Source: Hyaloraphidium curvatum SAG 235-1
Lineage: Eukaryota > Fungi > Monoblepharomycota
Assembly (NCBI GenBank): GCA_025558095.1
Contig: JAIVFI010000020.1
Span: 1 to 64,000 of the forward strand
DNA: 64,000 bases
Direction: 5' to 3'
A program made the translations under genes and the position numbers. Shown here one piece after another: positions 56,665 through 64,000 of this stretch (positions are counted from its first letter, which is position 1; every line of letters starts with the position of its first letter). A model generated the notes under the pieces. That model was given only the letters and a program-made list of their open reading frames with translations. It was not told where the DNA came from and ran no database searches.

Positions 56665-57410
56665 NNNNNNNNNNNNNNNNNNNNNNNNNNNNNNNNNNNN
56701 NNNNNNNNNNNNNNNNNNNNNNNNNNNNNNNNNNNNNNNNNNNNNNNNNNNNNNNNNNNNNNNNNNNNNNNNNNNNNNNNNNNNNNNNNNNNNNNNNNNN
56801 NNNNNNNNNNNNNNNNNNNNNNNNNNNNNNNNNNNNNNNNNNNNNNNNNNNNNNNNNNNNNNNNNNNNNNNNNNNNNNNNNNNNNNNNNNNNNNNNNNNN
56901 NNNNNNNNNNNNNNNNNNNNNNNNNNNNNNNNNNNNNNNNNNNNNNNNNNNNNNNNNNNNNNNNNNNNNNNNNNNNNNNNNNNNNNNNNNNNNNNNNNNN
57001 NNNNNNNNNNNNNNNNNNNNNNNNNNNNNNNNNNNNNNNNNNNNNNNNNNNNNNNNNNNNNNNNNNNNNNNNNNNNNNNNNNNNNNNNNNNNNNNNNNNN
57101 NNNNNNNNNNNNNNNNNNNNNNNNNNNNNNNNNNNNNNNNNNNNNNNNNNNNNNNNNNNNNNNNNNNNNNNNNNNNNNNNNNNNNNNNNNNNNNNNNNNN
57201 NNNNNNNNNNNNNNNNNNNNNNNNNNNNNNNNNNNNNNNNNNNNNNNNNNNNNNNNNNNNNNNNNNNNNNNNNNNNNNNNNNNNNNNNNNNNNNNNNNNN
57301 NNNNNNNNNNNNNNNNNNNNNNNNNNNNNNNNNNNNNNNNNNNNNNNNNNNNNNNNNNNNNNNNNNNNNNNNNNNNNNNNNNNNNNNNNNNNNNNNNNNN
57401 NNNNNNNNNN
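56665..57410. other. Assembly gap (746 N)
   Basis: Run of N. Confidence 1.
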
Positions 57411-58296
57411 GGGGGACCGTTATCCGATGCACTTCCAGCGGGAGTTCGAGCTCATCAAGAGTGCCGCAGTTGTCGCAGCAATGGAGGCCGGTTCGGTGTC
57501 GCGTGAGCTGCCTGCGGTTGCCGAGTGGAAATCCCAACTGGTCGATTCGCGGTCCTGGAAGTGCTTCACTTGCGGGGCTCCGGCCACGAAGGTGGAAGCA
57601 GTCGTTCATCAGCCGCCGTCTCTGCCCGACGAAACGAACGTGCTCATTGTTGCTTGCACCCCGGTCTGCACTCGCGCCGGTTGCTCCGCCGAGGTTGCAT
57701 CTTCGTTCTCGTTCATGAAGGGATCGGCGATGAACGACGTGCTCATGAGCGCGAAGAACGCAGCCAAGAAGGGCACAGTCCTCATTTTGCTATGGTCGGA
57801 CTCGGGCGGAGTGGGCTCATTGCTAAGCACGGTCGACGTCTGGGAGCTCGGGAGCACTCTGCAGAGGCTGGCGATAGGCCCCATCCTCATCTCGGAAGCT
57901 GTGGACATGCGGGACACCCCTGGCGGAGCCAACCGGGATTGGCACTGCGTGCGTTGCGGTGCAATCAGTTGTGCCTTCGTCCTCGGCTTCGACGTCGCGG
58001 ATCCGTTGGATCAGTCACCGGCTCCGATCAATTGGATCGCAGGAGTTTTCCCTCACTGCGACAGCCCGTCATGCCGAGCGGTTGCATCCGCCAGGGCTCG
58101 GGAGGTTGCGAGGGACGATCCCAACGGCGTGGTCGAGGGAAGCTTGTGCGTCGCATGCTCCGCGAGCTCCAATGACAGGGGCCGCGGGATGCAACGCTGC
58201 GGACGGTGCAAAGCGGCGCGCTACCGTTCGGCCGAGTGTCAGCGGAAGGACTGGCCCCGTCACAAGGCCACGTGCGTTCCGAGGGAGGGCAAGTAA
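57411..58296 (+). CDS. MYND zinc-finger protein; 5' end lies in or before the gap
   Basis: C-terminal CVAC...RCGRCKAARYRSAECQRKDWPRHKATC, preceded by two CxxC...CxxxxC modules. Confidence 0.8.
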
Positions 58297-58598
58297 TGGG
58301 CCGACGGGTTCGAAAAAGTGTCTTTGAGCATTCTACTATAGATTTCGGCTCCCCGAATTCGGAGCTAAAAGAAGCGTGTCCCGCCCCCTGATCCGCCGAC
58401 GATCGGTTCACCGACGATCGACACGTCACGATGCAAACCGAGGTCGCGCTTGGAATCTTGGCGGTCGGAGGTACATTGGAGGTTTCGGGAGAAAGTCTAG
58501 CCGTACATGTAAGATGTACTACAAGGTGCGCGCGCAACTTGTCGACTTCGCAATCCCGACCGCCACGTCACAAACTGCAATCCTTCTACCCACCTACA

Positions 58599-59456
58599 AT
58601 GGCTCGTATAACGGAAGTTATCGTGATCTCCAGCGACGAGGAAGATGGCACGCCATCGCGGCAGGCAAAGCGGAACCGCAAAAGGCCCCCGGCCAAGCGG
58701 GTCCGAAACAACAAGGACAGGGCTCCCATCTCCAACTCCGAGCTCGGTGCACTTCACCGCGAACGTGTCGCCCGCCTCGGGTTGAGCCTGCACGTGCGTT
58801 CGACCTCCGAGAAGGCCGCTGTCCAGTCGACATTTCCGTGGACGAGCTTGTTCGCCGACGCTCCGACCATGGGCCTGATCCTGCCTCCTTTCGGACCCTC
58901 CATGGATGTGCGTCTTCGCCGCGCCGAGGGATCGGGGCTGCCTTCCGCCATTGCGCACATCAAGGACATCTTCGGCGACCGCGGCTGCCGGCTCTGGCAT
59001 TTTCTGAACCGCCACTTCAACGGCTCCTACTGGCTCCCCGATCCGCAGAACGAGCTCCGCAACCTCAGCAAGAGTCTTTGGCTGCGAGTGGCCGAAAAAG
59101 GTCTCACGTTGCCTGATTCGGTCTACCGCGGCGGACCGCTGGCCGCGGCGGAGCTATCCCGTCCAAGCGAGTTCGAGGGCCTCGGCTGTCTCCTGCTCTA
59201 CCGCGGCCAGACAATCGGCGAGCACGTGGACGGGCACGGCCGGTGCCGCATTCTCTACTCCGTTGGTTGCACGTACCTGTTCGAGTGCGACGGAAGGAAG
59301 TACGAGATCTCGTCGGGGGATGCGGTCGTATTCAACCCGAGCTCGGCGCACGCCGTCAGACATGCGGTGGGATCGCTGGTTCCCGGAACTGCGCCTCCCT
59401 TTATGCCGTTTGGGCTCAAGGACGCACGCTACAGCGTGGATGTCGGGAACAAGTGA
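58599..59456 (+). CDS. AlkB-like 2OG-Fe(II) dioxygenase
   Basis: Motifs LLLYRGQTIGEHVD (HxD), ILYSVG, SGDAVVF, RHAV, RYSV. Confidence 0.72.
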   Translation: MARITEVIVISSDEEDGTPSRQAKRNRKRPPAKRVRNNKDRAPISNSELGALHRERVARLGLSLHVRSTSEKAAVQSTFPWTSLFADAPTMGLILPPFGPSMDVRLRRAEGSGLPSAIAHIKDIFGDRGCRLWHFLNRHFNGSYWLPDPQNELRNLSKSLWLRVAEKGLTLPDSVYRGGPLAAAELSRPSEFEGLGCLLLYRGQTIGEHVDGHGRCRILYSVGCTYLFECDGRKYEISSGDAVVFNPSSAHAVRHAVGSLVPGTAPPFMPFGLKDARYSVDVGNK

Positions 59457-59565
59457 CGCTTCGACGTAACTGCCAGAACTGCTGGACACTCTTGAACTGT
59501 TCGGCGTTCAAATCGAGGTCCTGAATGAACAGAAGAGTCTTGCTTGCGAGATTGGATACAACGCT

Positions 59566-61245
59566 TCACCACCGCCCGGTTCCACCGCAGAAATCGCACG
59601 TCTCCTTGCTGTCCAGCCTCTCTGCGAACGTCAAGCTCGGCAGGAACCGTCCTTTGCGCATGCAACCCATCGCCCACTCCTCCCGTCCAAGCGTCCGTCT
59701 ATGGGATCCCTTGTACTCGTGGTCCATTTCAAAATCGACGCCAGCGGCTGACAGCTGGGCCTCCTCGGCCTTCAGTTCCGCTCGCGTGACCGTCGCGTCC
59801 CTCCGCTGCGGCAAGGAACCCGCAGGCAAGCACACCAAGCGTCCGACAGTTTGGCCAGTTGCCCGTGATCGCATTGAGAAGGTGCTCCAGTAGGTCTGGT
59901 GCAGCCCGCCTCCGAGCAGGTCTCCACATCCGAGCAGAATCTGGTCCATCACGATCGCGACGATCTCCCAGTGCACTTTTTCTGCCGCAGCCCCGTGGCG
60001 AGCGACGAGATGGGAGTGATCGGTGAAGTTTAGCGCTCGATGCGAAAGAACTGCACGGTACAGGTCCGCAAAAGCACGAGCAAAGAAGATCGGGGGGCGC
60101 TCCGCGGCAGGAATAGCAGCAAAGGCATCCTGCACGACGGTGGAAGTGCCCCATCCGGGAATGCCGACGAGCTTGTCCCCGGCGAGAAAAATCGCGTTCG
60201 GTCCAGCTGTCGATCGAGCGAGATCGACGAGGGAACGCGCGGCCAGCTCGTCGTTCGTGGCGCACAAGGGGAAGCGCATGCGGTACGAGCAAAACTGAAC
60301 GTGGTTGGGGGAAGATCGTACGTGCGCCGCCACAAGGATGGGGTTGGGAACGGGGTAGGAGGCGTAGAGCGGGGAATCGAGCGCGGGGATCTCGCGGGTT
60401 GTCGCTAGCTTGCTGAGGAGCGCCGCCGTAGCCGCCTTCCCGTCGGCTGCGGATGCCAAAGATCCGACGTCGGGAGACAGAAGCCCGTTCCAAAGCAGCC
60501 ACTTGGCGGCCTTCAGGAGCTCGATCCGCGGCGGCACCTCGTCGCTCCCCGCCATCTCCAGTGCACACTCCAGGTCTAGCATGAACGGCTGCGGAATGGC
60601 CACCAGCTTTCCCGCTAGGCTCCCGCGGAAACGTGCGAGCTCAGCCGAGGGTCTCGGTCCCGGGTGCGTCGCCCACTTCTGCAGCACGACGAGCTCCTTG
60701 CACAAGAAAGGCTGCTGCCGGCCCGTGACCCGAGCGTCGCCGTGCGAATGACTGCCTAAGAGGCAGGGAAGAGACAACGGCTTCGCGTTTCGGTACTGGT
60801 GCAGCAAAAGTATGGTGCGATCGGCCGGTAGCCGGATTTCAGCGATCGAGCTGGTATCGTCCCCGCGGGCCTCAGCGACGGCCCGCGAGAGCTGGGCAAC
60901 CTGCTCCCCGTCCGAGAAATCTACGAAAGCACCGCGTGTAGAGTAGTAGGCGTCGAGGGGAATCGTCCCGTTGTCCCAGCCTAGGGCGTGCGGCCCCAGA
61001 GACAGGAACATCGGAAGCACGAGGCAGTTCAGCGTCCGTGCGAGGCCGATGATGCGCGTCATGGAGAGCAGCTGGCTCGAGAACATGTAGGTTCCCAAGG
61101 GGTCGGCGAAGATGAAACAGGGCCGCTCCGCCGCTTCGCTGCCCGCCGGCGGGGGCGGACCCGACTTGGGGAGCAGCAACCGAAAGCACAGCAGCGTCGA
61201 GGTGGCAATCACCGGTATGAAGCGCCGAACCATTGCAAAGCGCAT
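59566..61245 (-). CDS. O-fucosyltransferase-like type II membrane glycosyltransferase, paralogue 1
   Basis: N-terminal anchor, FSSQL...LARTLNCLVLP, AAHVR, MDQILL, STFS. Confidence 0.65.
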   Translation of the reverse strand: MRFAMVRRFIPVIATSTLLCFRLLLPKSGPPPPAGSEAAERPCFIFADPLGTYMFSSQLLSMTRIIGLARTLNCLVLPMFLSLGPHALGWDNGTIPLDAYYSTRGAFVDFSDGEQVAQLSRAVAEARGDDTSSIAEIRLPADRTILLLHQYRNAKPLSLPCLLGSHSHGDARVTGRQQPFLCKELVVLQKWATHPGPRPSAELARFRGSLAGKLVAIPQPFMLDLECALEMAGSDEVPPRIELLKAAKWLLWNGLLSPDVGSLASAADGKAATAALLSKLATTREIPALDSPLYASYPVPNPILVAAHVRSSPNHVQFCSYRMRFPLCATNDELAARSLVDLARSTAGPNAIFLAGDKLVGIPGWGTSTVVQDAFAAIPAAERPPIFFARAFADLYRAVLSHRALNFTDHSHLVARHGAAAEKVHWEIVAIVMDQILLGCGDLLGGGLHQTYWSTFSMRSRATGQTVGRLVCLPAGSLPQRRDATVTRAELKAEEAQLSAAGVDFEMDHEYKGSHRRTLGREEWAMGCMRKGRFLPSLTFAERLDSKETCDFCGGTGRW

Positions 61246-61384
61246 GGGAGAGTTTGCGGGGGTGGTTGTGCGACCTTGGATGCTCCGGCGGAGCTCAGAC
61301 TCCGACGGTCGCACGAAAAGAGCGAACGGCACTTGCGTTCCACCGAACCCCGCCTTTCACCAGCGACCAACACTTCTCATGGTC

Positions 61385-63052
61385 ATGCCACGGACGGGAA
61401 AATCGATCATGCTCCTGGTCCTCGCAACCCTGCTGGTGCCGCTTTCTTTGCTTAACGGCAAAGCGCGGCCGCCTTCCTCGGTCGCACAAGCACCGCCCGG
61501 ACGCCGCTGTCTCCTCTTCGCACGGGTCGCCAACCCGAATCACGGCCTGAATAATCAACTGACGTCGATTTTTCGGACCGCCGACGTCGCGAGGAGGCTG
61601 GGGTGCCGGGTGCTCCCCGCCAACATCGGCGCGCACGGGGCGGCGGCGCTGCACGTCCCGCTGGAGCGCAATTTTGACACTGGAGAGGGAACGATATTTG
61701 CCAATCTGGACGATCCGGAAGAGGCCAAATGGGTCGCGAGGCTGGCTTCCGAGGCCGCGGGACGGCAGAGGGCGTCCGGGATCACCCCCCCGGACCGCGC
61801 CGCACACTCAATCGACCCCAACTCCAACCCCGAACCCCTCTCCATACCCTGCCTCGTCGGCCTTGCCTCCGTGGATGACCCCCGGACTAACACCACCCAG
61901 CCGTTCCGGTGCTCGCATCACCTCGTCCTCGAAAGCTGGTTCACCCACCCCGCGGACCCCTCGGCCGATCCCACTTCCGATCCGCGCGCGGCCCATCTGT
62001 GGAAAGCCACTGAGGGGAAGCTGATCGGCGTGCCGGTGCCGTACGGGCTCAACGTCAGCTGCGCGGTGGAGCTGGAGGTGTCGAGGTTGCTCCGGCCGAG
62101 GGGGGAGCTTCTGCGAGCCGCGAAATGGCTGCTGTGGAACTTGATCCTCAACACCCGTGGCATCTCTGCGGAAGAAGCGACGGCGCTCCTCGGACGGACG
62201 CCTTCCCTGCCGGACCTCCGATCGCCCGCCTACGCCGGCTTCCCCGGCCCCGGCCCCGCGCCGATCCTGCTCACCGCACACATCCGAGGCTCCATCGACC
62301 ACCGCATTATGTGCCGGCATAAGATGCGGTTCCCCCTCTGCGGCACGACCTTCGGACGCGCGACCGATTTTCTCGTGCGGCGGATACGGGAGATCGGATG
62401 CGGGCACGGGGCGGTGAGGGTGTTGCTCGCGGGTGAGACGCTGGGGAACCCGGCGTTCCAGCACAGAGAGGGGGCAACGGTGGTCAGAAAGGGCATGGCG
62501 GAGCTCGCGGTGGGAGCGTGCCCGCCCAGGGTGCTCTCGACCGGCGGCGACCTCGCCTCGCTCTACCCGGCCGTGCTCTTCCACCCCTCGCTCGCGTTCT
62601 CTGTCGCTAACGAGGACCGGGAAGCCCACCTGAGGATTTCGGGCGCCATCCTGGACCAGATCCTGCTCGCGTGCGGAGACTTCCTCGGGAGGGCTGGAGG
62701 CGGCTTCTTCCAGACACGGGAGTCGAGCTTTTCAGCACGCGCATGGGCGATGGGCGCCGCGGTGGGAGCCGAGGTGTGCCTCCCCTCGGCTTTCGCCCCG
62801 ATCGAACTTTCGGCGGAGATGACCGTTGACGAGCAAGCATTCGAGGCCGAGGCGATCGCTTTCTCGGGTGCGGATTTCTCGCGCCCCTTTTCGGCGAGGT
62901 GCAAAACGCGTACGACGCTCAGACCGGGAGAGTCGGCCAACGGGTGCTCGTCCAAGGGCAGGTTCCTGCCGTCGCTGACGTGGGAGGAGAGGGATGCGCT
63001 CCCTGATGACACTGACATTTGCCCGGGCTGCTTCGCCAAGGAACGGTGGTGA
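61385..63052 (+). CDS. O-fucosyltransferase-like type II membrane glycosyltransferase, paralogue 2
   Basis: N-terminal anchor, GLNNQL...VARRLGCRVLP, TAHIR, LDQILL, SSFS. Shares KGRFLPSLT and AAKWLLWN with paralogue 1. Confidence 0.7.
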   Translation: MPRTGKSIMLLVLATLLVPLSLLNGKARPPSSVAQAPPGRRCLLFARVANPNHGLNNQLTSIFRTADVARRLGCRVLPANIGAHGAAALHVPLERNFDTGEGTIFANLDDPEEAKWVARLASEAAGRQRASGITPPDRAAHSIDPNSNPEPLSIPCLVGLASVDDPRTNTTQPFRCSHHLVLESWFTHPADPSADPTSDPRAAHLWKATEGKLIGVPVPYGLNVSCAVELEVSRLLRPRGELLRAAKWLLWNLILNTRGISAEEATALLGRTPSLPDLRSPAYAGFPGPGPAPILLTAHIRGSIDHRIMCRHKMRFPLCGTTFGRATDFLVRRIREIGCGHGAVRVLLAGETLGNPAFQHREGATVVRKGMAELAVGACPPRVLSTGGDLASLYPAVLFHPSLAFSVANEDREAHLRISGAILDQILLACGDFLGRAGGGFFQTRESSFSARAWAMGAAVGAEVCLPSAFAPIELSAEMTVDEQAFEAEAIAFSGADFSRPFSARCKTRTTLRPGESANGCSSKGRFLPSLTWEERDALPDDTDICPGCFAKERW

Positions 63053-63208
63053 TTAACGAAAAATGTAGAGCTGCGCTTTTCTTGCTGAAGAAACGGAGCG
63101 ACGCTTACCTGTTCTATGCCGAGGACGGGAGACGGGCGGGGGTTCTGAAGGAGCGTCTGCTGTTTGTCCGCTCAAAGACGCCCTCCCCCACTTCAGGGAT
63201 CGCGGGCC

Positions 63209-64000
63209 ATGCCGCCTTTCCGGCGCCTCCGCCGGCTCGCCGTCCTTGTGCTCTGGATTTCGGCCGGCTGGTTCGCCGCGGACGCCCTCCGCCGCGGCCG
63301 CCGGGCGCGCGCGCGCGGGCCTCCTCCCTGCGTGCTCTTCGCGGCGCCGGCGCGGGGCTCGCACTCAGACCAGCTCATTGCCGCCGGGCGGACAATTGCG
63401 GTGGCCAGGGCGCTGGCTTGCAGGGTGCTGCCGCTCTTTTTGGCGCCCGGGGTGGACGCGTGGACGAAGCAGGAGACTTGGGATGTGCCGCTGGACGCGT
63501 TCTACCAGGCCCAGGACCCGTCGATTTTCTGGGACATGGGCAGTAAAGCAGATCTTCGGGCGGTGGGAACCGCCGTGGAGGCTTCGGGGGTGCCGCCTCG
63601 GACACGGAATGGCCCGGGAGGAGTCCTCCCGGCCAGGCATGACCTGGGCCTGCACCAGACCCGGAACGAGCACCCTTTGGCGATTCCTTGCCTAGTGGGG
63701 GAACACTCTCTGGACGGTGATCCCCCCGGAGGCATCCAGCAGCCCTTTTCCTGCTCCAAGTCGGCCGTGCTCGGATCGTGGGCTACTCACCGATCCAACC
63801 CCGACGCGCCGCCCTCCGCGGAGCTCTCGGCCCTCCGTGCGAACTACAGTGGCATGCTACTCGGTCTCCCCGCTCCGCGGACGCTGAATCTCAGCTGCGC
63901 CTCGGAACTGCGCGCCGCCTCGGAGCTCCTCCCGCGGACTGAGCTCCGCTGCGCCGCCAAGTTCGCCCTCTGGAACGCGGTGCTCCCCCTCCGCAAGCCA
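63209..64000 (+). CDS. O-fucosyltransferase-like paralogue 3, 3'-partial (absent from the ORF track)
   Basis: Open from ATG 63209 to the window end: PCVLFA...HSDQL...VARALACRVLP...IPCLVG...QQPFSC...AAKFALWN. Confidence 0.7.
   Translation, partial: MPPFRRLRRLAVLVLWISAGWFAADALRRGRRARARGPPPCVLFAAPARGSHSDQLIAAGRTIAVARALACRVLPLFLAPGVDAWTKQETWDVPLDAFYQAQDPSIFWDMGSKADLRAVGTAVEASGVPPRTRNGPGGVLPARHDLGLHQTRNEHPLAIPCLVGEHSLDGDPPGGIQQPFSCSKSAVLGSWATHRSNPDAPPSAELSALRANYSGMLLGLPAPRTLNLSCASELRAASELLPRTELRCAAKFALWNAVLPLRKP

Noticed and set aside
56407-58296. ORFs spanning the N run
   Set aside because: They are artefacts of translating N as X. Only 57411-58296 is supportable.
1-64000. Bacterial (actinomycete-like) origin suggested by high GC and gene density
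   Set aside because: Spliceosomal introns and eukaryote-specific proteins (SLC25 carrier, RhoGEF, RDEL protein, CBM18) show the DNA is eukaryotic.

Overview
This is eukaryotic, very GC-rich, gene-dense DNA with short (~50-75 nt) spliceosomal introns (GTGGGT/GTGAG/GTACGT donors, CTGAC/CTAAC/CTCAC branch sites, YAG acceptors). A CBM18/hevein protein and many F-box, MYND and ankyrin genes suggest a zoosporic (chytrid or monoblepharid-like) fungus; this is an inference. Intact, intron-containing metabolic and housekeeping genes include a NAD epimerase, a mitochondrial carrier, an ARMET-like RDEL protein, an a/b hydrolase, an SDR, a MetE-like enzyme, an FAH-cupin fusion, HDHD2, an MFS transporter and an SH3-RhoGEF-C2 protein. 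They are interleaved with fast-turnover, mostly intronless accessory genes. Two things stand out. (1) Ten copies or fragments of one uncharacterised family lie in the first 32 kb. The family has N-terminal ankyrin-like motifs and a highly conserved C-terminal F-box-like motif (ANK-PRANC-like layout), and nearly every copy is broken. Ubiquitin-like-domain genes, F-box genes and an MLKL/HeLo-like helical-bundle gene sit nearby. (2) A 12-exon gene of about 1,650 aa, fragmented in the ORF track, encodes signal peptide, L-type lectin-like domain, EGF-like knot, TM helix, Ala/Gly linker, AHNAK/periaxin-like tandem repeats and 2 SH3 domains. Also present are a GR/DUF3537-like membrane protein, a triplet of small single-pass proteins, three O-fucosyltransferase-like paralogues and a 746-N assembly gap. 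I saw no rRNA, tRNA, CRISPR array or recognisable transposase. All domain calls come from motif recognition by eye, not from database searches.
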